From positions 4,943-68,942 of the forward strand of contig CAZYBU010000015.1 of NCBI GenBank assembly GCA_964645775.1: a DNA stretch of 64,000 nucleotides, given 5' to 3'. Below the pieces are notes generated by a model. The model ran no database searches. It was not told where the DNA came from and saw nothing but the letters and a program-made list of their open reading frames with translations. Both the position numbers and the translations under genes were made by a program. This DNA is from an uncultured Leptospirales bacterium. Lineage in GTDB: Bacteria > Spirochaetota > UBA4802 > UBA5550. Shown piece after piece: positions 1-10,200 of the stretch (position 1 is its first letter; each line of letters begins with the position of its first letter).

Positions 1-347
1 AGCTTCTCAACCACCCTCTTCTCACGACGGGCATCTACCAGCTTCTCTCTCACACGGTTAACCTCAGGTTCCATACTCTGGATCCTGTCCTCGGCCACGC
101 CTATGGCCCGCCTGGAAACGTCTACGAACTTTTCATAGAGCAGGGCCTCACGAGGCCTGAACTCACCCTTCCTCATCTTCTCGCTAAAATCCTGCCGTTC
201 CCTGTTTATTCTCTCCTGTATCTCCTGCTGGCGTACCCGCTCCTGGTTCTGAATACCCACAAGACGGGCAAGTTCCCCCTGGATCTCCTTCTCGCGGGCC
301 TCCCTGAGATCGAGCAGTGTCTGGAGCCTGAACGTAAACTTTTTCAT
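1..347 (-). CDS. fliJ: Flagellar export protein FliJ-like (C-terminus runs off the window edge)
   Basis: ATG at 347 sits 10 nt downstream of the fliI stop with a GGGG RBS. The translation MKKFTFRLQTLLDLREAREKEIQ... is a charged coiled coil in the operon position expected for fliJ. Confidence 0.5.
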   Translation of the reverse strand, partial: MKKFTFRLQTLLDLREAREKEIQGELARLVGIQNQERVRQQEIQERINRERQDFSEKMRKGEFRPREALLYEKFVDVSRRAIGVAEDRIQSMEPEVNRVREKLVDARREKRVVEK

Positions 348-357
348 TTACCCCATC

Positions 358-1755
358 CTACCTGATAATCGGCGCGAAACCGGGTGTAGGCCTGGGCGCG
401 GGAGCGGCCGGTTTCTCCTTTATCCCTGTCAGCTCCTTCATCTTATCGACCGTGCCTTCCAGGGTATCCCTTTCGTAGATTCCCTGGCGCAGAAAATCGT
501 TTATCGGTTCCATCAACTCCATGGCACGGTCCACCCGGGGGTCAGAGCCCCGGGCGTAGGCTCCCAGGGATATCATGTCTTCCTTGTCCCTGTAGGCGGC
601 CAAAAGCTCACGAAGGGTCCGGGCCGCGGCCATGTGATCCTCGGTCACCACGTCCTTCATGCAACGAGAAAGAGATCCCAGTACGTCGATGGCCGGGTAA
701 TGACCCGCGTGGGCCAGGTTCCTCTCCAGGACGATGTGACCGTCCAGGATACCCCGGGCCGTATCAGAAATCGGTTCGTTCAGATCATCCCCCTCAACGA
801 GGATGGTATAAAACCCGGTAATGCTTCCCCCCGTGGGACTGGTGCCGGCCCGCTCCATCATATGCGGCATGATGGAGAAGACAGATGGAGGATATCCCCT
901 CTGGGCAGAGGGTTCGCCGCTGGCGAGACCTACTTCCCTCTGGGCCATGGCGAAACGGGTAACCGAATCCATCATCAGATTGACCGCCATGCCCCGGTCC
1001 CGGAAATACTCCGCCATGGCATGGGCCACGAAGGCCCCCCGGATACGCAACATCGGGGGCTGGTCGGAAGTAGCCACAATCACCACGGAGCGTGCCAGCC
1101 CATCCGGTCCCAGCTCCTTCTCCACGAAATCTTTAACCTCCCGGCCCCGCTCACCGATAAGTGCGATAATGTTGACATCCGCGTCCGTGTAGCGGGCGAT
1201 CATACCGAGAAGGGTCGATTTACCGACCCCGGAACCGGAGAATATACCGATCCTCTGCCCCCGTCCCACGGTATTTAGGCCGTCAATGGCCCGGACCCCC
1301 ACGGAGAGAGGCGTGTCGATAATGGTCCGCTGGAGGGGATTGACCCTCACACCATGAATCGGGTACCTCTTCTCCGTGATTATGTCGCCTTTGTCGTCAA
1401 TCGGGGACCCTACCCCGGAGATAACCCGGCCCAGCAGTTCATCTCCCACGGAAACAGTCAGGGCCTCGCCCTCGGCGTAGACATCGGCCCCGGGTACAAC
1501 GCCCTTCATATCGCCGATGGACATCAGGATCACCCGGTTCTTATTGAACCCGACAACCTCCGCGTAGAGGTACCCTCCCTCCTGGAGGCGTATCTTGCAG
1601 AGGTCGCCGTATTTCACGACCGGCCCCTTCGATTCTATGGTCAGGCCCACGATTCTCTCGACCTTGCCGGTAAACTTGACGACCTCTACGTCATCGATTA
1701 TCTTCCGGTACTTCTCGAGAAAATCGACCCGTTCATGTGGAAGTATCTGTATCAT
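358..1755 (-). CDS. fliI: Flagellum-specific ATP synthase FliI
   Basis: Walker A GSGVGKST and an F1/T3SS-ATPase-like core, 465 aa, start/stop-coupled to fliH. Confidence 0.9.
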   Translation of the reverse strand: MIQILPHERVDFLEKYRKIIDDVEVVKFTGKVERIVGLTIESKGPVVKYGDLCKIRLQEGGYLYAEVVGFNKNRVILMSIGDMKGVVPGADVYAEGEALTVSVGDELLGRVISGVGSPIDDKGDIITEKRYPIHGVRVNPLQRTIIDTPLSVGVRAIDGLNTVGRGQRIGIFSGSGVGKSTLLGMIARYTDADVNIIALIGERGREVKDFVEKELGPDGLARSVVIVATSDQPPMLRIRGAFVAHAMAEYFRDRGMAVNLMMDSVTRFAMAQREVGLASGEPSAQRGYPPSVFSIMPHMMERAGTSPTGGSITGFYTILVEGDDLNEPISDTARGILDGHIVLERNLAHAGHYPAIDVLGSLSRCMKDVVTEDHMAAARTLRELLAAYRDKEDMISLGAYARGSDPRVDRAMELMEPINDFLRQGIYERDTLEGTVDKMKELTGIKEKPAAPAPRPTPGFAPIIR

Positions 1756-1757
1756 AA

Positions 1758-2711
1758 TTACATCGGGCTCGTGTTCCGGATCGCCTCTTCGATGGCGTCA
1801 AGCTGTGTGGAGATACGGGCGTCTATGGCCCCCACATCGGTTTCAATGATGCATCCTCCCCGCTCGACCCGGGAGTCCTCGTAGATGTTCACCTTCTTCA
1901 GGGACTCCATCATCTTGATAAGCTCGTCCTTGTGGGCCGTGGTCATATCCAGGTCAGCGAAGTTTACCCGGATATCGATACGGTCCCTGTCCTTGACCCG
2001 CTTAATGGCCTCCTTTATGTTGTTGATGACCACTTCTCTCCGTTCCACGATCTCGTCCTTGATGACCTTCCGCGCGATCATGAGGATCATCTCAGACATC
2101 ATCTTCTCCGAGGAACTGATGATATCGTCCCGAATATCAACGGCCGTGGAGACGACTGTGCCCAGGCGATCGATGAGACGCATAACCTCTGCCTGGCCTT
2201 CCTTGTATCCCTCTTCCCGTCCGGCTTCGTAGCCCTTCTTATAGGCCTCGTGCTCAATTTCGGAGACCTTGAGCTCAGCCTCCTTGATCATCTTCTCGGC
2301 CTCGAACTTGCCCCTCTCGATCTCCTGCTCAGACTCGACCCTGAGGCGTTCCATCTCCATCTTTATCTGTTCTCGGGCCTGCTGAAGCTCGTTAAAGGCG
2401 GCCTGTTTGCCGTCCTCTTCTATCTTACCGGCCTGCTGGCGGGCGTTATCCAGCATCTGCTTGACTTCTTCCTCTGTCTCGCGCCGGTAACGCTCCAGTT
2501 CCGCCTCCATCTCCTCGATAGACGGACCGTGGTACACGTCGATGGGGGCACCTTCTTCATCTACTTCGAACTCGCGGTAATCCTCGGTCTCGAGAAGGTT
2601 TCTCTGGTACTGGCTGGGAAGCTCCACCTGCTTTACGATATTGACCCGTTTTACCTCTCCGGGTTTGAACACCAGTCTAGACAACGAGTTCCTCCTCACC
2701 GGCACGGGCAA
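1758..2711 (-). CDS. fliH: Flagellar assembly protein FliH, long Glu/Lys-rich form
   Basis: Charged coiled-coil N-terminal region and FliH-like C-terminus, positioned between fliG and fliI. The ORF overlaps the fliG 3' end by 35 nt, so the true start may be internal. Confidence 0.65.
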   Translation of the reverse strand: MPVPVRRNSLSRLVFKPGEVKRVNIVKQVELPSQYQRNLLETEDYREFEVDEEGAPIDVYHGPSIEEMEAELERYRRETEEEVKQMLDNARQQAGKIEEDGKQAAFNELQQAREQIKMEMERLRVESEQEIERGKFEAEKMIKEAELKVSEIEHEAYKKGYEAGREEGYKEGQAEVMRLIDRLGTVVSTAVDIRDDIISSSEKMMSEMILMIARKVIKDEIVERREVVINNIKEAIKRVKDRDRIDIRVNFADLDMTTAHKDELIKMMESLKKVNIYEDSRVERGGCIIETDVGAIDARISTQLDAIEEAIRNTSPM

Positions 2712-3693
2712 CGATTATATCGCCGGACTCTTCAAGCTTTCGTATAATATTTACGATCTTCTGCTGCGATTCCTCAACGTCACGCAGCCGTATGGGTCCC
2801 ATAAAGTCCATGTCTTCCCGCAGAAGGGCCGAGGCCCGCTTCGACATATTCCGGAAAATCTTGTCCTGAACCTCGGCATCGACACCCTTCAGGGCCTTGG
2901 CCAGGTCCTGGCCGTCCACCTCTCTCATGACCTTCTGGATGGAACGGTCGTCCAAAAGAACAATGTCCTCGAAAACGAACATCCGCTTCTTGATCTCCTC
3001 CGCAAGCTCCGGGTCCTCTTCCTCCAGGGCCTCAATGATGATCTTCTCTGTACCCCGGTCGACGTTGTTCAGCACCTCGACGATAGACTCTATACCTCCC
3101 GCCTGTGTGAAATCCTCGCTGGCCAGGGTGGAGAGCTTCCGCTCCAGTACCCGTTCCACTTCCCGGAGAACATCCGGAGAGGTGCGGTCCATGATGGCGA
3201 TCCGCCGGGCGACGTCGGCCTGGATCTGGTGATTGAGACCGGAAAGTATCTGGGCCGACTTCTGGGGGTCCAGGTAGGCCAGAATAAGGGCGATGGTCTG
3301 GGGGTGCTCTCCCTGGATAAAGTTCAGCAGGTGGCTCGGGTCGGTGCGTCGTATGAAATCAAAGGGTCTCACCTGCAGGGACGAGGTGAGACGATTCACG
3401 ATGTCTATGGCCTTCTGGGTACCCAGCGCCCGTTCCAGGACGTCACGGGCGTAGTCTATACCGCCGTTCTGGATAAAGTCGGCGGCCATCATCATTTCCT
3501 GGAATTCCTGAAGAACCCGGTCCTTGTCGTCCGGCTCCACCTTGTCGAGACGGGCTATCTCGAAGGTAAGCTGCTCAATCTCATCCTCTCTCAGGTGCTT
3601 GAATATCTCGGAAGAGACATCCGACCCCAGGGTAACGAGAAAGATAGCGGCCTTCTGGCGTCCGGTAAGTTGTGCCTTCTTGGACTGTAGCAT
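2677..3693 (-). CDS. fliG: Flagellar motor switch protein FliG
   Basis: 338 aa. The N-terminus MLQSKKAQLTGRQKAAIFLVTLG and overall architecture are typical of FliG. Confidence 0.9.
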   Translation of the reverse strand: MLQSKKAQLTGRQKAAIFLVTLGSDVSSEIFKHLREDEIEQLTFEIARLDKVEPDDKDRVLQEFQEMMMAADFIQNGGIDYARDVLERALGTQKAIDIVNRLTSSLQVRPFDFIRRTDPSHLLNFIQGEHPQTIALILAYLDPQKSAQILSGLNHQIQADVARRIAIMDRTSPDVLREVERVLERKLSTLASEDFTQAGGIESIVEVLNNVDRGTEKIIIEALEEEDPELAEEIKKRMFVFEDIVLLDDRSIQKVMREVDGQDLAKALKGVDAEVQDKIFRNMSKRASALLREDMDFMGPIRLRDVEESQQKIVNIIRKLEESGDIIVARAGEEELVV

Positions 3694-3790
3694 CTCTCAA
3701 ACCACCTGTTTCGCCGGGCAAACCGGCGGAGTGCTCCCTCCGGAGCTCCCCCCTTAATATATCGTACGATTATTGAAATTTCAAGAGGTT

Positions 3791-5491
3791 TTATTCCTCC
3801 GCCAGCCATGTACGGAGAAGCTGGGCTACGTCCTCCGGCTTTTCCCGGGCCAGGTTGATAGCGTTCTCCTGAAGTTCCATGCGGGCCTTCTCCTCCAGGG
3901 AGAGCTCCACGTCGATCCCCTCCTCTTCGGCCGCCCGGAGAGCCGCTTCCCGCATCTTCTGCTGTTCCAGGGCCAGCTGCTCTTCCCGCTGTCGACGCCT
4001 GCGCTCCAGCTCCCGGGACACGGCACGGAAGATGATAAAACCGACAAAGAGGGCCACAACCCCGATAAGGGCGGCCAGGATCATCTTCTTAATCTGCTGC
4101 TGCCGCCGGAACTGCTCACGAAGGCTTTCCCACTCCTTCGAACGGTCGAAGAATATATTCTCCACGGCCACCTGGTCCCCCCGGGCGTCGTTGAAGTTTA
4201 TAGCCTTCTTGACGATATTCTCCGCCTTATTCAGTTCCTCTTCGTCCAGGGGGATCTGGACAGGCTTCTTCGTGGGGTCCAGGACAAACTCCCCCACCTC
4301 GTTACGGGGAAGCTGCTGCTGCCCGTCTATGGCGATAGCCACAGATATCTTCCTTATGTCGTAGGGGTCCCTCTCCACGGTCCGTTTCGTCTCGTTAAGG
4401 GCGTGGTTGCGGATATTCTCCTTTTTCTCATACTTGGCGAACTGATCATCAGCCGCTTTATACCCGGGAGGCTTGTTCCCCTCAGTCCCAGCGGCCCCTT
4501 CCGGATTCCAGCCGTGCCCCTGAAAGTTCTCCTGGGTAGTCTTTTCCGATACGACCAGGGAATCCTTGACTTTCCTCTCAGAGTAAGGGGTAGTAGGATT
4601 GTCCTCCTCCATAACAATAGGAGTATATTTCTTCTGCTCCTCTTTTATCTTGTCCCAGTTAAAATCGACGTTAAGACGAACTACCTGGATGCGGTCCTCG
4701 GAGTAGATCCTCTCCAGGCCGCTGCGGATGTCTTTAAGCAGGCGAACCCGAATTTGTTCCTCTATTTTTCGCCGCTGCTGCAGCAGTGTGTACTGCTGTT
4801 TCTCCTTCTCATACTGGTCGTCGATATCCGATATGATATTTCCGTACTCGTCCGTGACAGTTACGTTCTCTGGCTTAAGACGATTGCCCACGGCCCTGGA
4901 AACCAGGTGCATGATACCCCTGATCTCCTTTCTGGAGAGTTTTTCAAAACCGGGCGCAAGGTGAATCGTCACGGCCGCGGTATAGGGAGTCTGTTTGTCG
5001 GTATAGATGGTGTCCTCGGATATGGCGATCTCCACCAATGCCCTGTCTATGTTTTTCAGGGACTCGATGTGCCGTCTCACCTCATCACGGAGGGCCCGCA
5101 TATATTTAATATCGATCTCCCGGTCTGTCTCGGTCCACTTGGAGACATCGAAGAGCTTCCATCCTGGAATTCCCTTTGGTATCATGTCTTCCTGGGCCAG
5201 GCGGGTCATGATCACTTCCCGCTTATCAGGCTTGACCAGGATCGAGGTGGTCCCCTTTGTATCATACGCGAAACCCATCTCTTCGAGTTTCTTGGTAACC
5301 TGGCCGAAATCTTTGGCTCCCAGGTCACTGAAGAGTATCACGTAAGGGTCTCCGCTCGATACGCTGAAAAGAACAATAAAGGCAACAATGACCACACCGC
5401 TGACAGAGCCGATTATGATCTTCTTGGTGGTATCCAGTTTATTGAATATCTCTTTCGCCTGGTTTAGTATTCTCTGAAGAAATTCACCCAT
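3791..5491 (-). CDS. fliF: Flagellar MS-ring protein FliF
   Basis: 566 aa with an N-terminal TM, a large periplasmic region, and a second TM near the C-terminus followed by a charged tail. Confidence 0.9.
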   Translation of the reverse strand: MGEFLQRILNQAKEIFNKLDTTKKIIIGSVSGVVIVAFIVLFSVSSGDPYVILFSDLGAKDFGQVTKKLEEMGFAYDTKGTTSILVKPDKREVIMTRLAQEDMIPKGIPGWKLFDVSKWTETDREIDIKYMRALRDEVRRHIESLKNIDRALVEIAISEDTIYTDKQTPYTAAVTIHLAPGFEKLSRKEIRGIMHLVSRAVGNRLKPENVTVTDEYGNIISDIDDQYEKEKQQYTLLQQRRKIEEQIRVRLLKDIRSGLERIYSEDRIQVVRLNVDFNWDKIKEEQKKYTPIVMEEDNPTTPYSERKVKDSLVVSEKTTQENFQGHGWNPEGAAGTEGNKPPGYKAADDQFAKYEKKENIRNHALNETKRTVERDPYDIRKISVAIAIDGQQQLPRNEVGEFVLDPTKKPVQIPLDEEELNKAENIVKKAINFNDARGDQVAVENIFFDRSKEWESLREQFRRQQQIKKMILAALIGVVALFVGFIIFRAVSRELERRRRQREEQLALEQQKMREAALRAAEEEGIDVELSLEEKARMELQENAINLAREKPEDVAQLLRTWLAEE

Positions 5492-5650
5492 CTCCCCCTC
5501 CGTCGTGCGCGTTCAGCATACAGGCCGGGCGCATAATGTGACATAATGCACAGAATACCATTTCCGGCATTTTGTCAATTAATTTACCTGTCAAAAAGGT
5601 AAAATTGCATTATGTCACATCAGAATATGCTCTACCGCGAATTCTTATCC

Positions 5651-5675
5651 CTCCGGCCCACTGCGCGGGCCGGAG
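5651..5675 (-). promoter_or_regulatory. GC-rich hairpin 9 nt downstream of the fliE stop
   Basis: ctccggccc-actgcgc-gggccggag: a perfect 9-bp stem with no U-tract after it on the transcript strand. Confidence 0.4.
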
Positions 5676-5683
5676 GCGTCATC

Positions 5684-6007
5684 TTATCTCAGGTTTACGA
5701 GTTCGCGGTAGGCCCGGAGCGCCTCGTCCCGTACCGTCTTGGTAAGGGCAAGGGCTATCTCCGCCTTCTGAGCGGCAATGGTGACCGTGTGGATATCGAC
5801 CGATTCCGGCTCAAAGATCATCTGTTTGGTCAGATTTTCGGAATCGACCTGCAGATTATTCACCTTCTCCACGGTCTTCATCAGCACGTCCTGGAAAGAG
5901 CCGGTCACGTCGTCTTCGGTACGACCCGGTTTCGCCTTTCCGTCGTCATGCAAAGGATTGGTGGTTCTCATGGCCACCATGTGTCCGCTTACGGGTATGT
6001 TGTTCAC
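5684..6007 (-). CDS. fliE: Flagellar hook-basal body protein FliE
   Basis: 107 aa. GTG start with an AGGAG RBS 7 nt upstream, and a FliE-like C-terminus. Confidence 0.8.
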   Translation of the reverse strand: MNNIPVSGHMVAMRTTNPLHDDGKAKPGRTEDDVTGSFQDVLMKTVEKVNNLQVDSENLTKQMIFEPESVDIHTVTIAAQKAEIALALTKTVRDEALRAYRELVNLR

Positions 6008-6173
6008 TGGTACACTCCTGGTCTCAGAATTCCCTGGCCGATTATCCCGGCCCGTATCTCTTCGCCCGCGTTACCCGGCAGGACCTCCCGGCCCGTTATC
6101 CTCGGTCCCGAGCATCCGTGGCTCACATGTATCTCACTGTCACTTATCCTGTATCGCGTCATTCTCTGCCTCC

Positions 6174-6638
6174 TCAGGCCATCCTGCCGATTTCAAGGGC
6201 CTTGGTGAACATGCTCTTGGCATTATTCACCATCATAACGTTCGCCTCGTAGGAGCGGGAGGCTGAAATCATGTCGGTCATCTCGGTCACAACGTTCACG
6301 TTCGGCATCTCCACGTATCCCTTTTTCGGGCCGGTGTTGATGGCGTCCGGGTGGGACGGGTCATATACCAGCCTGAAGGGGGACCGGTCGTCCTCGATTT
6401 TTACGACCCGTACCCCTTTGCCGCTGCCGTGCTCTATCCGCTCCGGCACCAGTGGCGATTTATAATTAGGCCGGATATTGACAGGTGCGAATATGGCCCG
6501 TTTTCGTCTGTAGGGACCGTCATTTTCAGGAGTACGCGTGGTGGTGGCGTTGGAGATATTGTTGCTTATCAGGTCCATCCTGAGTCGCTGTGCCGTAAGG
6601 CCTGTGGCGGCTATATTAAAACTATCAAACATTGCCAT
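6174..6638 (-). CDS. flgC: Flagellar basal-body rod protein FlgC
   Basis: N-terminal rod motif SNNISNATT and C-terminal rod motif SRSYEANVMMVNNAKSM. Confidence 0.9.
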   Translation of the reverse strand: MAMFDSFNIAATGLTAQRLRMDLISNNISNATTTRTPENDGPYRRKRAIFAPVNIRPNYKSPLVPERIEHGSGKGVRVVKIEDDRSPFRLVYDPSHPDAINTGPKKGYVEMPNVNVVTEMTDMISASRSYEANVMMVNNAKSMFTKALEIGRMA

Positions 6639-6648
6639 TATCTACCTC

Positions 6649-7083
6649 CTAGGCCGACCGTATTGACATCTTCAGCATCCTGAAGTTATGCCCCAGACTC
6701 GTAATCATGGCGTCGTACCGCATTTTGTTTTTGGCCGCGTCGACCATCTCCTTCTCGATGTCAACGTTGTTCCCGTCATTCCTCATGGAGGTTGAGTAAT
6801 CCAGGTTTATCCTCGGCTGCACTCCCTTTACGTCCCTTGCTATATGGAAGGGAATATGTCTCTCGTCGGTGAGCCTGGCTGGTGTCCGATTCGCTTCCAT
6901 CGTTTCCCGTTCCCGGATGGCCCGTTTCAGTTCGCTTTCAAAATTTACCTCACTTCTCTTGAAGTGTGGCACATCCACGTTGGCGATATTGTTGCCGATC
7001 ACCTTCCTCCGGAGGGATTCTGTATCGAGTCCCTTTTCCAGAAGGTAGTTGGTCTCCATCATGTTCATGCCTTCGAACATCAT
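6649..7083 (-). CDS. flgB: Flagellar basal-body rod protein FlgB
   Basis: GNNIANVDVPHFKR rod motif. The ORF runs to 7158, but AAGGAG precedes the internal ATG ATG at about 7083, giving a typical 144-aa FlgB. Confidence 0.85.
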   Translation of the reverse strand: MMFEGMNMMETNYLLEKGLDTESLRRKVIGNNIANVDVPHFKRSEVNFESELKRAIRERETMEANRTPARLTDERHIPFHIARDVKGVQPRINLDYSTSMRNDGNNVDIEKEMVDAAKNKMRYDAMITSLGHNFRMLKMSIRSA

Positions 7084-7237
7084 CTGCTCCTTATCCGGTT
7101 TTCGTCCTATTAATCCCATCGGAAAATGGCGGAAAAGCATGAGTATTTTTTGAGACATAAACAGGGATAATGCAAAAGTATCATTTTTGTTGCAATTATT
7201 AGCTGTTTTCGGTATCTGTTACTGACGGGTAACTCTT

Positions 7238-10200
7238 ATGAATATCAGGCGAATAGTGATCATATCCCCTTCTTCGGACGAAAGAGAGCTTCTCCGTGTC
7301 ATGGTTAAAACCTTTGATCTTGCGGAAGTTAAAGCTTTTTCCTCAACCGAAGAAGCCGGAAAACAGATTTCTCAAGGCGACAAAACCGACCTGATTATTA
7401 TCGATTACAATGCTTTAACGGGGAAAAAGAGCGTACAGGAGCTCCAGGAACTGAGAGAGGAACACAGCTTTTCCCTTATCTGCCTCACGGATACCGACTC
7501 CCCCCGTACAATGGCCCATCTCCGGGAAATCTCCCCCTTCATTATTATGGGCAAACCGGTCGACCCCTTTCAGCTGGAGGAGAATATACGTTCCCTTTTC
7601 CGATTCCTCGACGGGGTAAAGGATCTGCGGGAGAATGAAAAGGCCCTCAGGATAGCTTTCGATCAAAGCAATGACGCTATCATCTGGGCTGAGGCGGAAA
7701 CCGGCATCATCGTGGAATGCAACCGCTCCGCGGAGCATCTGCTTGACCGTACCCGGGAAGAGATTATCGGCTTACACCAGAGCAAGATTCATCCGGAACC
7801 TGAACGAAAGAGTGACCGGGATCATTTCAAAAATGCGGAACTGTATAATCCTCCGGACACTTTCATCGATGTTCATATCCAGCGGCCTGACGGGAGTCTG
7901 CGATCCGTTGAAATCGTCTCAACTGTTTTTAAACGTCATGGAGTATCCATGGTTCAGGGCGTCTTCCGGGATGTCACTTTCCGGAAAGAAATGGACAGAC
8001 AACTGAAGGAAGATGAAGAACTGTTCCGCACTATTGCCGAAAGCTCCCATATATACCTTTTTCTCTTCCAGGATGGAGAACTCATCTTCGTTAACGACGC
8101 CCTCTGCCGGGCCTACGGATATGAAAGGGATGAAATGATTGGAGCTGATTTCCAGAAACTCCACGAAATGCTCCATCCTGATGACCGGGAGACGGCCCTG
8201 AGGGAGTTTGCCCTCCTGGAAAGCGGGCAAAAGCAATCTTCCCGTACTCATCTAAGGGTCATTAATAAAAACGGCCATCTGCTTAACGTTGATCATCACG
8301 CGAGAATTGTGGACTTCAGAGGTAAACCTGCCCACCTGGTTACCCAGGCGGACCTCACGGCCGTTCTGGAAACAGGACAAAGACTGATGATGGAACAGGA
8401 ACGGCTATCCGCCATAATACACTCTTCACCCGATGGTATCATTGTGGCAGACAGGGAGAATATAACCCTCAGATGCAACAGAATGGCTGCGCAACTCCAC
8501 GGGTATGATCACCCGGACGAACTCATGGGGGTAAACACTCTTGAGCTGATACACCCGGAAGACAGGGAGCTCTTCATGCGAAACGGCATGGACCTGATAA
8601 ACGGGGAAGGGTTATCGACCGTGACCATTTCACTTTTAAGGAAGGATGGGACATCCTTTCCCGCAGAGATGTCTCTTGCCGTTCTTCGTGAACAGGAAGA
8701 GATAACAGGATTCCTGGGCATAGCCAGGGATGTGTCCATAAAACACAGAACCTTCCAGGAACTGAAAGAATCGAATGAACGTTTCCGTCTTCTTTACGAT
8801 AACGCTCCCATGGCCTATCTGGTAATGGACGACCGGGGGACCATTACAAGAGCCAACCACGCGGCCCGCACACTTCTGAAATATTCCGAAGAAGAATTTT
8901 TGGATATCGGCATCGAAGTCCTTTTCAGTGATAATCAGGGAAAGGAGGATCGGGGAGCCTTTATTCTGAACTACATTCAGGAGGGAGAGCAGATCGAGCA
9001 GGAAGAGACCTGGCTTTATGACCGGGAAGGAAACCGGGTTTCGGTATTACTATCTCTGTCGACAATTATCGAACCGGATACAGGGAGAGTAAGGGAATGC
9101 TACCTTACCCTTGAAGATATTACTGACCGCAAACAGGTGGAAGAACATCTGTACCAGGCTAAGCTGCAGGCGGACGCAGCCAATCAGGCCAAAAGTCTCT
9201 TTCTTTCCAAGGTAAGCCACGAGCTCAGGACGCCCCTTAACGCCATCCTGGGATTCGGACAGATACTGGAACAGGAGGCCGGTCGCGACCTTACCGATGT
9301 CCACAGATCCTACCTCAACGATATCCTCCAGGGGGGCAACCAGTTGCTGGAGATGATCGAAAAAATACTGGATTATACCCGGCTGGAATCCGGGAGCGTG
9401 CGGCTTTCACGGGCGCCCTTCGATCTCCCCCTTATGATAAACCGTCTTGTGGCGGAACTGAAGCCCCGGGCCCGGGAATGCCGCCAGGTTTTAACCATTA
9501 ATCAGGATGAAACCATACGCTGGATCTACGCTGATGAAGAAAAGGTAAAACACGCCCTCAGGAATATCCTCACCAACGCCATCCAGTATTCCCGGGAAGG
9601 AAATAAGATACATGTACAGTGCAAGGCCCTTGATAACAGGGCCGTAATTGACATACAGAACAACGGTAGTCCCATCCCCGCTGAAAAAAGAGAAGAGATT
9701 TTCGCCCCCTTTGAACAGCTCGAAAGAAGGATGGACAACCCGACCCCGGGATACGGTCTTGGGCTGCCCCTGGCGCGCCGTATAGCGGAACTTCATGATG
9801 GAAGTCTCGACCTTATCGACAGCCAGGGAGAGGGAAACACCTTCCGTATGATCCTGCCAGGTCTCTTCAGCCAGGAACAGAGCCAGACTCATGATATTCT
9901 TGAAGGCGTCCTCCTTAACCGGGAGAACTACGGCTCACCTTATCAGATACTCCTGGTAGACGGGAATCTACAGTCATCCAAACAGATAGAAGAAGGGCTT
10001 CGCCAGGCCGGCTATAAAGTAGACCGGGCGGAGAGCGGAGAAAGCGCTTTTTTGAAGATCATCCGGGAGAAGTATGACCTGATCATTATCGCCAGCACTC
10101 TCCCCGGCATGGACAGCGCCGAGACCCTGAACAGGATACGAACCACGGACCATGTGGCCGTTCCGGTGATAGCCATAACAGATGACCGAAATTCCACTGA

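Noticed and set aside
634-5467. Long plus-strand ORFs of 123-564 aa overlapping fliI, fliH, fliG and fliF (634-1278, 821-1192, 1354-1884, 1932-2747, 2641-3690, 3773-5467 and others).
   Set aside because: They are antisense shadows of well-supported flagellar genes in high-GC DNA. Their proteins are low-complexity, and none has an RBS or a recognisable fold.
7084-7237. A sigma28 (TAAA-N15-GCCGATAA) or sigma54 (GG-N10-GC) promoter for flgB.
   Set aside because: Only partial resemblances (tCCGATgg, TTGCA) are present, and the spacing does not fit either consensus. Only the AAGGAG RBS before the internal ATG is solid.
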